NCBI GenBank assembly: GCA_965221165.1 | Contig: CBDCRP010000003.1 | Coordinates: 928,001 to 992,000, forward strand | Origin: a bacterium | Lineage (GTDB): Bacteria > UBA8248 | Reading direction: 5' to 3' | Length of the DNA stretch: 64,000 nucleotides | Part shown: in pieces, positions 1 through 10,379 of the stretch | Numbering within the stretch: position 1 is the stretch's first letter | Layout of the letters: each line of letters opens with the position of its first letter | Made by a program: the position numbers and the translations under genes | Notes under the pieces: model-generated | Told to the model about the DNA's origin: nothing | Database searches by the model: none | Seen by the model: the letters and a program-made list of their open reading frames with translations, nothing else

Positions 1-1456
1 GGTCGTTCGCGTGGATTCGCGCGGAGCGGGCCGCTCGCCGGGCGTCATCGACATCTGGTCGGCGCGCGAGGCGCAGGATTTCTACCAGTGCATCGAATGG
101 GCGGCGGCGCAGCCCTGGAGCACGGGCAAGATCGGGCTGAACGGCATCTCCTATTACGGCATGAACCAGTGGCAGGTGGGCGAACTCCGGCCGCCTCACC
201 TGACCGCCATGTGCGTCTGGGAGGGGGCTGCGGATTATTACCGCGAAATGGCCCACCACGGCGGCATCTTCTGCAACGGCTTCGCGCGCAACTGGCCCGA
301 GATGCAGGTCTACAGCGTGCAGCACGGGCGCGGCAAGCGCGGCTTCAAGAGCCGCTTCACGGGTGATTGGGTCTCAGGCCCCCCCACGCTCACCGAGGAG
401 GAACTCGGAGCGAACAGAAACGATTTCGGCGAGGATTGTTTTTCCCACAAGCTCAACACCGAGGATTACTGGCAGTCGAGAATGCCCGATTTCAGCAAAA
501 TCCAGGTGCCGCTCCTATCTTCGGCCAACTGGGGCGGGCAGGGCCTGCACCCGCGCGGGAACTTCGAGGGTTTCCTGGAAACCGGGTGTGAAGAGAAATG
601 GCTCGAAGTCCACGGCATCGAGCACTGGACGGAGTTTTACACCGACTACGGCGTCAACATGCAGAAGAGATTTTTCGGCCACTATCTCAAGGGCGAGGAC
701 ACCGGCTGGCCGGATCAGCCCCGGGTGCTGCTCCAGGTGCGCCACCCCGGCGAGCGCTTCGTCGAACGCCACGAGAGCGAATGGCCCCTCGCGCGGACGC
801 AGTGGACGAAATACTATCTGAACGCGAACACGCACTCACTCGAAGACGCCCCCGTAGCGGATGCTGCTACCACCACCTACGCGGGCTTCGGCGACGGCGT
901 CACATTCACCACGCCGCCCATCGCCGAAGACACGGAAGTCACCGGCCCGCTGGCGGCCAAGCTCTTCGTGTCCTCGGAGTCCAAGGACGCGGACCTCTTC
1001 CTCGTCGTGCGCGTGTTCTCGCCCAACATGGAGGAAGTCGTATTCCAGGGCGCGCTCGACCCGCATACCCCGATCGCGCAGGGCTGGCTTAGGGCGTCGC
1101 ACAGAAAACTGGACCCCGAAAAGACACTGCCCTACAGGCCGTATCACACGCACGATGAGGAACAGCCCCTGACGCCGGGTGCGGTATATGAGCTCGACAT
1201 CGAGATATGGCCGACCTGCATCGTGATTCCAGAGGGCTACCGGGTCGCCTTCACGGTGCGCGGCAAGGACTATGAATACCCGGGCGGCGCGGGCGGCGGC
1301 CTCTCCAACATGAAAAACGAGTTCACGGGTTGTGGTTGTTTCATTCACACCGATCCCAAGGACAGGCCGGCCGCGGTGTTCGGCAAGAACGTGACCCTTC
1401 ACTGTGGCGGAGAGCACGAAGCCTACGTGATGCTGCCGGTGATACCCGAGAAATAG
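1..1456 (+). CDS. CocE/NonD family serine hydrolase (5' end outside window)
   Basis: VDSRGAGRSPG and nucleophile motif GISYYG; C-terminal PepX_C-like jelly-roll; closely similar to the next gene. Confidence 0.9.
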   Translation, partial: VVRVDSRGAGRSPGVIDIWSAREAQDFYQCIEWAAAQPWSTGKIGLNGISYYGMNQWQVGELRPPHLTAMCVWEGAADYYREMAHHGGIFCNGFARNWPEMQVYSVQHGRGKRGFKSRFTGDWVSGPPTLTEEELGANRNDFGEDCFSHKLNTEDYWQSRMPDFSKIQVPLLSSANWGGQGLHPRGNFEGFLETGCEEKWLEVHGIEHWTEFYTDYGVNMQKRFFGHYLKGEDTGWPDQPRVLLQVRHPGERFVERHESEWPLARTQWTKYYLNANTHSLEDAPVADAATTTYAGFGDGVTFTTPPIAEDTEVTGPLAAKLFVSSESKDADLFLVVRVFSPNMEEVVFQGALDPHTPIAQGWLRASHRKLDPEKTLPYRPYHTHDEEQPLTPGAVYELDIEIWPTCIVIPEGYRVAFTVRGKDYEYPGGAGGGLSNMKNEFTGCGCFIHTDPKDRPAAVFGKNVTLHCGGEHEAYVMLPVIPEK

Positions 1457-1511
1457 GACAAAGGATGGAAAGCCCGTTCCGGGCGCGTTGCTTTCACATT
1501 GAACCGATGAG

Positions 1512-3287
1512 GTGAACATGAGCGATATCGACCTGAGCACGGACCCGCAATACCGAACCGAGAAACGAGACGGCTTTCTTATCGAATGGGACGTCCCCAT
1601 CCGGATGGAAGACGGCCTGGTGCTGCGGTCGAACGTCTACCGGCCCGATGACGACGGACAATACCCCGTCATCCTGAGTTACGGCCCCTATGCGAAGGAC
1701 CTGGCATGGCAGGACGGCTACGAGACGGCGTGGGAGCTTTTCGCCACCGCGCATCCGGACGCCATCGCGGGTTCCTCGAACGTCCACCAGAGCTGGGAGG
1801 TCGTGGACCCCGAGAAATGGGTGCCGGACGGCTACATCTGCGTGCGCGTGGATTCGCGCGGCGCGGGCCGCTCGCCGGGCTATATCGACCACTTCTCCCC
1901 GCGCGAGACCAAGGATTTCGCCATCTGCATCGAATGGGCGGGCGAACAACCCTGGTGCAACGGCAAGGTGGGCCTCACGGGAATCTCCTATTACGCCATC
2001 AACCAGTGGCAAGTGGCGGGCCTGCAGCCCAAATGTCTCGAAGCCATGTGCGTCTGGGAGGGAGCGGCGGATTTCTACCGCGACATGAGCCACCAGGGCG
2101 GCATGCTCACGACGTTTCTGGCCAACTGGTACGACATGCAGGTCAAAAGCGTGCAGCACGGCCTGGGGGAAAACGGCCCGAAAAGCCGCGTCCACGGCGG
2201 CCTCGCCTGCGGCCCCGAGACCTTGAGCGAAGAGGAGATGGAGAAAAACCGCTCCGACTACGGGGGCGACATTCTGGAGCGTCCGCTCGATGGCGAGTGG
2301 TACCAGGATCGCTCCGCGCATTGGGAGAAGATAAAAACGCCCTTCATCTCGGCGGCGAGCTGGGGCGGACAGGGCTTACACCCGAGGGGGAACTACGAGG
2401 GCTTCATGCGGGCGGCGTCCACGGAAAAATGGCTGGAAGTCCACGGCTTCGAGCACTGGACGGAGTTTTATACTCCCTACGGGGAAAAGCTCCAGAAACA
2501 GTTTTTCGGCCATTACCTGAAGGGCGAGAACACCGGCTGGATGGAGAAGCCCCCCGTCATGCTCAAGGTGCGCCACGTCGGGGAAAAATTCGTCGAGCGC
2601 GGCGAGAACGAATGGCCCCTCGCCCGCACGCAGTGGACGAAGTTCTATCTGGACCCGGCCCACATGAACCTGGGTTCCGCGCCCATCGAGGGCGAGCAAA
2701 GCATCACCTACGCGGGAATGAGCGACGGCGTGACCTTCATGCTGCCGCCCTTTGAGGAAGAAACCGAGATAACGGGCCCCATCGCCTCCAAGCTCTTCGT
2801 CTCCTCAGAAGCCGCGGATGCGGACATGTTCCTGGTCTTGCGCCTGTTCACGCCCGACATGAAGGAGATTACCTTCCAGGGCACGCTCGACCCGAACACC
2901 CCCATCGCGCAGGGTTGGCTGAGAGCCTCGCAGAGAAAGCTCGTGCCCGAGCTATCGACCGAATGGAAGCCCTACCAAGCGCATGATGAGAAACAATACC
3001 TGAACCCCGGCGAGATATATGAACTGGACATCGAGGTCTGGCCCACCTGCATCGTTGTGCCTCCCGGCTACCGGCTGGCTTTGAGCGTGCGCGGCAAGGA
3101 TTATGAGTACAGTTGCGTCACCACGCACAAACTCTCGAACATGAAGAACGTGTTCCGGGGCTGCGGACCGTTCTTACACGACGACCCCACGGACAGGCCC
3201 GAGGAGATTTTTGGGAAGAACGTGACGCTCCACTGCGGACCCGAACACGCCTCTTACATCATGCTGCCCGTGGTGCCGGAGAAGTAG
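1512..3287 (+). CDS. CocE/NonD family serine hydrolase
   Basis: DVPIRMEDGLVLRSNVYRP, YGPY, GISYYA motifs; GAGG RBS upstream. Confidence 0.92.
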   Translation: MNMSDIDLSTDPQYRTEKRDGFLIEWDVPIRMEDGLVLRSNVYRPDDDGQYPVILSYGPYAKDLAWQDGYETAWELFATAHPDAIAGSSNVHQSWEVVDPEKWVPDGYICVRVDSRGAGRSPGYIDHFSPRETKDFAICIEWAGEQPWCNGKVGLTGISYYAINQWQVAGLQPKCLEAMCVWEGAADFYRDMSHQGGMLTTFLANWYDMQVKSVQHGLGENGPKSRVHGGLACGPETLSEEEMEKNRSDYGGDILERPLDGEWYQDRSAHWEKIKTPFISAASWGGQGLHPRGNYEGFMRAASTEKWLEVHGFEHWTEFYTPYGEKLQKQFFGHYLKGENTGWMEKPPVMLKVRHVGEKFVERGENEWPLARTQWTKFYLDPAHMNLGSAPIEGEQSITYAGMSDGVTFMLPPFEEETEITGPIASKLFVSSEAADADMFLVLRLFTPDMKEITFQGTLDPNTPIAQGWLRASQRKLVPELSTEWKPYQAHDEKQYLNPGEIYELDIEVWPTCIVVPPGYRLALSVRGKDYEYSCVTTHKLSNMKNVFRGCGPFLHDDPTDRPEEIFGKNVTLHCGPEHASYIMLPVVPEK

Positions 3288-3299
3288 AACGAATACATG

Positions 3300-3545
3300 G
3301 CAGGGGCGGCCCCGAGGAGGGCTGTCCCTACGGGCGAAGACGGGGTCAAACCCGACCAATGAGGGGTTGTTGAAAAACCCCTCTTCGGTCGGGTTTGACG
3401 ATGCGTTTCTCGTCCGCCTGGATTCCGGCATCCGCCGGAATGACGTCGGTCCAATCGCAATCATCCCTCTTCGGGCGCAATCCCTCGCGCATTGGTCGCA
3501 ATTCCTCGCTCTTCGCTCGGAATTGACCTTGCCCCGCCCTCTCGC
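3300..3545. repeat. Mosaic of palindromic REP-like repeats
   Basis: GTCAAACCCGACC..GGTCGGGTTTGAC hairpin around GGGGTTGTTGAAAAACCCC; TGGATTCCGGCATCCGCCGGAATGAC unit; both recur elsewhere in the window. Confidence 0.8.
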
Positions 3546-3586
3546 CCGGTGGATAATGGGATTTTCCCTTATCTCGGGTTTTCCAC

Positions 3587-4471
3587 TTGCTCGAATCACT
3601 CCATCCCAACCTGATGGCGCTTCTCTCGGCTTTTTTCATCTCCGTCGCCAGAACCCTCTACCGTGGCGCGCTCATGAGCCTGAGCCCCCTCGTGACGATG
3701 GTGATCGCGACGATCATCACGACGTGTTTCGCGCTGGGTCTCTACGCCCTCGGCGAGGGGCTTGCGCACTGGCCGCTCTACGGGGTCTTGTGGTTCGCCC
3801 TCGTGGGGATGGTCGGCGGGCTGGGCGGGCGCTACATGGGGATGATATCCATCAAGCTCGTGGGCCTGGCCCGCACGCCCATATTGACGCAAACAGGCCT
3901 CATCTGGTCCTCGGGGCTCGCGGTTCTTCTATTGGGCGAGAGGCTCACCCCCCTGGTGACGCTGGGGACGCTGGGCATCATGGCGGGCGGGGTACTGCTC
4001 TTATACGAAAAGAAAGCCATCGAGAGGCGAATTCCGCCCACCTACTACCTCATCCCCGTGGTGGGCGCGGCTTTCGCGAGCATCTCCCACATCGTGCGGA
4101 AATACGGCTTCGTCCACATCCCCTCGGTCTCTCTGGGAATGAGCATCTCGAACATGACGACCCTCACGCTTTTGATCGCGAGCTTTTTCTTCCTCCCTAC
4201 GCTCAAAATGAAAAGCGGCCCCTTCACCCGCCATTCGCTTGCGATCACGGTGCTGGGCGCGACGTGTAATTTTCTGGCCGCGTTCTTTTTCTGGTGGGCG
4301 ATCAAGGCCGGTGAGGTCATTCAGGTCGTTCCCATCAACCGGCTCTCGATCCTGATCGTCATCCTCTTCTCCTGGCTTTTTTTCAGGAAACAAGAACGCG
4401 TGAGCGCGCAAGTCATCATCGGCGGGGCGTGCTCCGTCCTGGGCGCATGGGCCGTCGTCTGGGGCAAGTGA
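3587..4471 (+). CDS. DMT/EamA family transporter
   Basis: About 10 hydrophobic segments in two EamA-like halves (LLLGERLT, FFRKQERV). Confidence 0.85.
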   Translation: MLESLHPNLMALLSAFFISVARTLYRGALMSLSPLVTMVIATIITTCFALGLYALGEGLAHWPLYGVLWFALVGMVGGLGGRYMGMISIKLVGLARTPILTQTGLIWSSGLAVLLLGERLTPLVTLGTLGIMAGGVLLLYEKKAIERRIPPTYYLIPVVGAAFASISHIVRKYGFVHIPSVSLGMSISNMTTLTLLIASFFFLPTLKMKSGPFTRHSLAITVLGATCNFLAAFFFWWAIKAGEVIQVVPINRLSILIVILFSWLFFRKQERVSAQVIIGGACSVLGAWAVVWGK

Positions 4472-4597
4472 TTCCTGCCGACACCCTTGCGGCGTGGTGT
4501 CCCCGCAATCCCGGCACGATAAAATTCCCGGGTCGCGACTGCCCTTCTCGCGGCGCATGGATTAGGATGCGACCTTCTTACTCGGTGAGGAATTGAT

Positions 4598-5332
4598 ATG
4601 CCGTCATATATTAAAGGAAAAACCTGCATCGTCACCGGCGCGAGCCGGGGCATCGGCCGTGGATGCGCGCTGGCATTAGGGGGCGCGGGCTGTAGCGTGG
4701 CGGTGAACTACCGCGAGCGCGCGGACGAAGCGGGGGAAACCTGCCGTCTCATAGAAGAGGCGGGCGGGGAGGCGCATCCCCTGAAAACCGACGTGTCGAA
4801 AGCCGCAGAAGTGCGCCGCCTCGTGGATGAGACGAGGGAGCGTTTCGGCCCCGTATCGATTCTTATCAACAACGCAGGAATCGCCATCAAGAAGCCTTTC
4901 CCCGAACTCACCGAATCCGATTGGGACGCCACGCTCGACGTGAATCTCAAATCCGCGTTCCTGCTCACCCAGGCCGTCCTGCCCGATATGAAAGGGGCGC
5001 AGTGGGGAAGAATCGTCAACGTTTCATCGAACGCCGCCTTCACCGGCGGGCGCGTCGGCCCGCACTACGCGGCGTCCAAGGCGGGAATGCACGGACTCAC
5101 CCACGCCTACGCCGCCGCTTTGGTGAAAGAAGGGATTACGATGAACAGCGTGGCGCCCGCCGTAATAAAAACCGACATGATGACGCAAGACTTACAAGTA
5201 TCCACCCCGCATACGCCGATGGAGAGATTCGGCACGGTGGATGAGGTGGTCGACGCCGTCATGATGATGATTAGAAACGGCTACGTTACCGGCCAGACCC
5301 TCCTGCTGAACGGCGGCATTCATTTCCACTGA
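4598..5332 (+). CDS. Short-chain dehydrogenase/reductase (FabG-like)
   Basis: TGASRGIG, NNAG, YAASK motifs. Confidence 0.92.
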   Translation: MPSYIKGKTCIVTGASRGIGRGCALALGGAGCSVAVNYRERADEAGETCRLIEEAGGEAHPLKTDVSKAAEVRRLVDETRERFGPVSILINNAGIAIKKPFPELTESDWDATLDVNLKSAFLLTQAVLPDMKGAQWGRIVNVSSNAAFTGGRVGPHYAASKAGMHGLTHAYAAALVKEGITMNSVAPAVIKTDMMTQDLQVSTPHTPMERFGTVDEVVDAVMMMIRNGYVTGQTLLLNGGIHFH

Positions 5333-5396
5333 ATCTTGGCATGATGGAGGCGAAATTCCAGGCGGCGCACCGCAGGAGCTTTGAGGGGAAAGAAAC

Positions 5397-6176
5397 TCAG
5401 GCCGGTTTCCAGCCCAGGATGGTCAGCCGTTTTCTGGCGATGGAGAATTCCGCTCCCTCGCCCTTTTCCTCATACCAGCTTCCGCCCGCATCGCGCAGGG
5501 CCTCGAAGGCGCGCCTCAGCTTCGGGAAGACATCGGCGGAAGTCTTGGAGACATCCATCCAATCATCGAAGGGAGTGTCGGTCCTGTCGACCACGACTTC
5601 CTCTATCCGGATTCCCTCTTCCCGAAAAAGATCTTCCATTTCCTTTTGGGATACATGCCGCGTGATGGTCGGCTCTCTCAGCCTGTCGAGCGCTTCAATC
5701 TTCTCGCGCTCATCCGCATCGTCGGGGTAGTGATAGTCGATGAGGAAGACGTGGCCGCCCGGCCGGACCGCGCGCGCCATCTCGCCGAAAACTTGTCCGG
5801 GGTTTTCGAGATGATGAAACGTGTGCCGGCAGATGACCGCGTCGGCGCTCCCCTCCGCCAGGGGCGCGTCGTGCGCGTTCGCCATGACGTAGCGGGCGTT
5901 CGCGTCGAGACCCCATTCGCGCAAGCGCTCGCGCCCGCTTCGGACCATTGCGGGGGTGAGATCCAGCCCCACGACGTTCCCGCCCTTTAGAAGAAAAGGC
6001 CGCGCGGAAGTGCCCGTGCCCATACCGAAATCGACCAGCCAAGAGCCTGCGCCGAAGCCGATGCGCTCCGCCATCGCGCCCAGGCGCGCTTGTTCCGCAT
6101 CGCTGTAATAGCCGCCGTAGCTCTCGGCCATTCGGGTGAAAGTCTCGATGTTTCGCTGCTTCGCCGTATCCATCAA
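5397..6176 (-). CDS. Class I SAM-dependent methyltransferase
   Basis: LVDFGMGTG motif I; FHHL..VRPGG motifs. Confidence 0.88.
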   Translation of the reverse strand: MMDTAKQRNIETFTRMAESYGGYYSDAEQARLGAMAERIGFGAGSWLVDFGMGTGTSARPFLLKGGNVVGLDLTPAMVRSGRERLREWGLDANARYVMANAHDAPLAEGSADAVICRHTFHHLENPGQVFGEMARAVRPGGHVFLIDYHYPDDADEREKIEALDRLREPTITRHVSQKEMEDLFREEGIRIEEVVVDRTDTPFDDWMDVSKTSADVFPKLRRAFEALRDAGGSWYEEKGEGAEFSIARKRLTILGWKPA

Positions 6177-6337
6177 AAGCCTCCTCGTGGAAGTTCACCT
6201 GCGCGCGCGTCAAATGAGGTATCAGAGAATCATACACCCGATTCATAATAACCGCTCCCCGCCACGGATTTACAAAAGGAGCGTGCTGCCGTTAGAATGG
6301 CGAAAAACCCTACTTCTTAAAAAAAGGAGAGCGCATC

Positions 6338-6841
6338 ATGGGTGAAATTCTCGATAAGTTCACCGCCGAGTGCCACGACATACTGAAAGCGGATTCGAGC
6401 AAGGCGGGCCTCCAGCAGGTAAGCGACAGCCTGGAGAAAGTGCTGGTGCAAGAGGAGTTCGTCCAGGAGCACCTGGGGCCGGACAACGATTCCCCCCGCA
6501 AGCTCCTGTATCAGGACGCGGAACTCGGCTTTTGCATCTTCGCCCACGTGCACAAGGGCGTGACCGGAAGCTCCCCGCACGATCACGGCCAGTCGTGGGC
6601 CATCTACGGCCAGGCGGTGGGCACCACCACGATGACGGATTACGACCTCGTGGAAAGGCCGAACGGAGCCGCTCCGGGCAAGGTGACGCCCGTGCGCAGC
6701 TACGACTTAACGCCCGGCCTCTCGAAGGCCTACGACGTAGGGGAATTCCACTCGCCCAAGCGCGAGGGAGAGACGCGCCTCATCCGCATCGAAGGCATCG
6801 ATCTGGACACCATCACGCGCGACAAATACGAGGCCGTTTGA
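6338..6841 (+). CDS. Cupin, cysteine-dioxygenase-like protein
   Basis: SSPHDHG-SWAIYG and FHS metal-binding His pattern; AAGGAG RBS. Confidence 0.65.
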   Translation: MGEILDKFTAECHDILKADSSKAGLQQVSDSLEKVLVQEEFVQEHLGPDNDSPRKLLYQDAELGFCIFAHVHKGVTGSSPHDHGQSWAIYGQAVGTTTMTDYDLVERPNGAAPGKVTPVRSYDLTPGLSKAYDVGEFHSPKREGETRLIRIEGIDLDTITRDKYEAV

Positions 6842-6896
6842 CCTCGCCTCGATTTGTAGCGCGCTGATTGTTCGAGCAGTATAGTTTTTCTGAAGT

Positions 6897-7058
6897 GCTG
6901 CAGGGGGGCTTTCCTCAGGAAAGCCCGGGAAGCCGGTGAGAATCCGGCGCGGACCCGCCACTGTAACCGGGGACGAAAGCGGCCGAAACCACCGGCGTAA
7001 GGCGCCGGGAAGGGGTCGTGAGTAGGTGGATCCGGAAGCCAGGAGACCGCCCTGCGGC
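6897..7058 (+). promoter_or_regulatory. Cobalamin riboswitch 1
   Basis: GGGAA-GCCGGTGAGAATCCGGC, CCCGCCACTGTAA, GGGAAGG, AGCCAGGAGACC B12 box; P1 GCTGCAGGG/CCCTGCGGC. Confidence 0.92.
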
Positions 7059-7218
7059 AACCTTTTGACCCGTCACGTCCTCGCGGAACGGGAGATGGGT
7101 GGCATCTTGCGCATCATCACACCCGAAATCGACGGCACTACAGCACGCGCGAGTATCACGCACGCGCTGCGTTAAAGTTTTCGCCATAGGAGCGGTGGAC
7201 CCGTCCGCCGCCAAAACA

Positions 7219-7362
7219 GCCGGCAGGTGTTCGGGAATCCGGTGTAAGACCGGAGCTGCCCGGCAGCTGTAAGCGACGCGCTTTTCATAATATCCACCGG
7301 GACACCCCCGGGAAGGAATGAAGAGCGGCCATCGGCGCGAGCCAGAAGACCGGCCTGTCGGC
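7219..7362 (+). promoter_or_regulatory. Cobalamin riboswitch 2
   Basis: AGGTG, GGGAATCCGGTGTAAGACCGG, GCAGCTGTAA, GGGAAGG, GAGCCAGAAGACC; P1 GCCGGCAGG/CCTGTCGGC. Confidence 0.88.
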
Positions 7363-7425
7363 ATCTCCCCTGCGACCCTCCGGGGTCGGTTTCGAGCGCT
7401 TGGGCCGCTCAAGGAGTGTAATCCC

Positions 7426-9474
7426 GTGAACCATCCTGCAAGAAGCGCCACCCGATTTCTCATCCGCCTCAAACGAGGTCTCCTTATCCTGGGGGCCGCA
7501 GCACTCATCTTGTGCGCAGGAGGGGCTCCGGCCGAGGCGCAAAGCACAGCACCCGAGGAGGAGCTTTATCTCGACCCCATTACCGTGACGGCCACGCGCA
7601 CGCCCGAAAGACTCAGCGACGTGGCCGATTCGGTGGAAGTGTTCAGCCGGGAGAGAATCGAGAGCCTCCTGCCCGGCGACGCGCTCGACTTCCTCACCGG
7701 CGCGGCGGGCGTCGTCCTCCCGCAGACAAGCGGCAGGGGCGGTCAGGCGAGCCTTTTCCTGAGGGGCGCGGAGAGCAACTTCACCAGCGTCATGATAGAC
7801 GGCTTCAAGCTCACCTTTCCGGACGGGAGCGCGTATGACTTCGGGCATCTCTCGCCCGAGTGGGTAGGCGCAGCCGAGGTGCTCAAAGGCCCGCAAAGCC
7901 CTCTCTATGGCTCGGACGCGGCTTCGGGCGTCATAAACTTTCTGCCCGATATCGGAAAGCCCGGAGAAGCCTCCTCCTTCACGGTACACGCCAGGGGCGG
8001 CAGCGGCGACACGTTCGAGGAGGCCTTCAAGCTCAAAGGCGGCGGCGCCAAGAGCGGATACGCCGCCACCTTGAGCCGCCTCGACACGGAGGGCCACCTG
8101 CCCAACGATGGATATTACCGCACCGTGGGCACGGTGGGGCTGGATCATTTCTTCTCGGAAACGGCGAAGCTGCGCTTTCTCTATCACGCCAACCAGAACC
8201 GCTACGACATCCCCGGGCCGGGCCATGCAGGCTACAGAGAACCCGACAAATACGGGAAAAACACCGAGCAACTCATAGGCGCGCGCGCGCATTTGAAGCC
8301 CTTCTCGTGGCTCGAGTACGTCCCGCGCCTCTCTTTTTACTTAAGAGACACGCTGTTCGAGAACCAACCGGATGCATTCAGCCCCGATTCCGACAAAACG
8401 GATTCGAGCGGAACGAGGCTTCATTTCGACAACCAGATCAACGTGAGGCTTTCGGGGAAACAACTGGGGTTCAGGGGCCTCCGCCGGTCCATATCCACGC
8501 TCGGCGTCGAATGGGAAGAAGAGGATATCTCCGTAAAGGGCAAATCCGCCTTCGGGGACAGCGAGTACGACAGCAAGAGACGGGCGGTCTCTTTGTACGC
8601 GCAACAGCAGTTCCAGTTCCACAAGGGCCTCACCCTCGCGGGCGGGGTGCGGCTGGATGATTTCGACGTCGGGGAAGACGAGGTAACCGGAAAAATTTCC
8701 GCTTCCTATAAAATCCCCGGAACCGGCGCGCGTATCCGCGGCGCGGTGGGCGAGGGAATCAAGCGTCCCTCTTTCGCCGAGTTGCTCGACGTCTATGGCC
8801 CCGGAAACCCGAACCTGAAGAGCGAAAGACAGAAAAGCTGGGAGGCGGGCTTCGATCAGTTTTTCGCGAAAAATAAGTTCAAATTCAGCGCCACCTATTA
8901 TGAAAACGAAATCGACGATCTGATCGCGTATTCGTTCAATAAATTTTCCAACGGCACGAACTACGAAAACATCCGAAAGGCGCGGGTCAAGGGCGCGGAA
9001 CTCTCCTTGTCCCTCATCGATTTCAACGACTTCTCGGCCCATGCGAGCTTGGGCGCCATGGACACCCTCACGCTGGATGAGGGAGGGGTCGACGGCGCGC
9101 CGAATTACGTGGAGGGAGAAGAGCTGTTAAGACGCCCGAAGTGGTGGTGGAGCGCCTCGATCAGCTACCACCCGAATCGCCTGAGAGCGACTTTGCGGGT
9201 GAATACGGTGAGCGATCGGCAGGACATCGACGATTCCCAACCCTGGCCCTACCCCCGGGTGAAGAATCCGGGGTTCACGCGGGTGGACCTCGCCCTCTCT
9301 TTGGATGTCGTGAAGAACCGCATATCAATGTTCGACAAGACGAAAAAATCGAAGGTCAAGGATTTGGCGGTGGAACTCAAGGTGAACAACGCCCTCGATG
9401 AGGATTATGAGAGCATCTACGGTTTCAGCGAGCCCGGGATACAGTGGTTCGCGGGCTTGCGGGCGATCTTCTAG
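7426..9474 (+). CDS. btuB: TonB-dependent receptor, BtuB-like
   Basis: TonB box (DPITVTATR), plug motif EVLKGPQSPLYGSDA, C-terminal Phe; follows B12 riboswitches; start placed at GTG after AAGGAG. Confidence 0.85.
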   Translation: MNHPARSATRFLIRLKRGLLILGAAALILCAGGAPAEAQSTAPEEELYLDPITVTATRTPERLSDVADSVEVFSRERIESLLPGDALDFLTGAAGVVLPQTSGRGGQASLFLRGAESNFTSVMIDGFKLTFPDGSAYDFGHLSPEWVGAAEVLKGPQSPLYGSDAASGVINFLPDIGKPGEASSFTVHARGGSGDTFEEAFKLKGGGAKSGYAATLSRLDTEGHLPNDGYYRTVGTVGLDHFFSETAKLRFLYHANQNRYDIPGPGHAGYREPDKYGKNTEQLIGARAHLKPFSWLEYVPRLSFYLRDTLFENQPDAFSPDSDKTDSSGTRLHFDNQINVRLSGKQLGFRGLRRSISTLGVEWEEEDISVKGKSAFGDSEYDSKRRAVSLYAQQQFQFHKGLTLAGGVRLDDFDVGEDEVTGKISASYKIPGTGARIRGAVGEGIKRPSFAELLDVYGPGNPNLKSERQKSWEAGFDQFFAKNKFKFSATYYENEIDDLIAYSFNKFSNGTNYENIRKARVKGAELSLSLIDFNDFSAHASLGAMDTLTLDEGGVDGAPNYVEGEELLRRPKWWWSASISYHPNRLRATLRVNTVSDRQDIDDSQPWPYPRVKNPGFTRVDLALSLDVVKNRISMFDKTKKSKVKDLAVELKVNNALDEDYESIYGFSEPGIQWFAGLRAIF

Positions 9475-9518
9475 GAAGACCCCTCGGCTGAAGAGGGATT
9501 TCGCGCAAAGGACGGGAG

Positions 9519-10379
9519 ATGCGAGCGAGCGGAAGGATAAAAATCTTTTTCATGACGGCGGCCCTCTTGTTGGCGCCGGCTCCTGCGGGGCCGGGAGAGC
9601 CTGCGCATGCGGCTCGAAAGCCAGAGCGCCTGATCGCCATGACGCTCGCCACGGCGGAGATGCTCCTCGCCCTGGCGCCTCGGGAAAAAATCGTCGGACT
9701 TCACAAGCTGGCCGGAAACGCAGGCTATTCGAACATCGCGGATGAGGTTCGGGATATTCCGCTCATCGGCAGCGTGCCCGAGCGAATCATCTCCTTGAGG
9801 CCCGATATGGTGTTCGTCGCCTCGTATTCGAGCGCGGAATTCCTGAACCACCTTCGCGCAGCCGAGGTGCCCGTCTCGAAATTCTCTTCTTTCAGCAGCG
9901 TGGAGGATGTTTTTGCGAACATCGAGAAGATGGGACGCCTGATCGGAGAACAAGCGAAGGCGCGAAGACTCATACGGGACGCGCGAGAGAAAATTCGCGC
10001 CATCCGCGCGCGCATCCCCAAAAACGCAAAACCACCCCGCATTTTGACTCTCGTGCGGGGCGGCTGGGCGACCGGCAGCGGCACCTCGCACGACGCGCTT
10101 ATCCGCCTGGCGGGTGGTGAGAACGTGGCCGCCGAACGCGGAATCCGGGGAGCGCGCAGGATATCGGCGGAGAGGGCCATCGCCTGGAATCCCGACGTCA
10201 TCATGGTGGGGGTGAACCCCGAATCGGGAGAAAGCATGAAGGCCGCCATTCGCGCGAACGCGGTCTACGCCCCTTTGAGGAACAAGAAAATCATCGAGAT
10301 CCCCTATCCGCGTTTTTCGAGCGTATCCCAATACATCGTCGGCGGACTCGATGATCTGGTGAGGGAATTGTACCGGTGA
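9519..10379 (+). CDS. Corrinoid/iron-siderophore ABC transporter substrate-binding protein (BtuF-like)
   Basis: TAEMLLAL, ERIISLRPD, WNPDVI helical-backbone motifs. Confidence 0.85.
   Translation: MRASGRIKIFFMTAALLLAPAPAGPGEPAHAARKPERLIAMTLATAEMLLALAPREKIVGLHKLAGNAGYSNIADEVRDIPLIGSVPERIISLRPDMVFVASYSSAEFLNHLRAAEVPVSKFSSFSSVEDVFANIEKMGRLIGEQAKARRLIRDAREKIRAIRARIPKNAKPPRILTLVRGGWATGSGTSHDALIRLAGGENVAAERGIRGARRISAERAIAWNPDVIMVGVNPESGESMKAAIRANAVYAPLRNKKIIEIPYPRFSSVSQYIVGGLDDLVRELYR

Noticed and set aside
3367-4269. This and many other long antisense or off-frame ORFs in the track
   Set aside because: Arg/Gly/Pro-rich shadows typical of high-GC DNA overlapping well-supported genes
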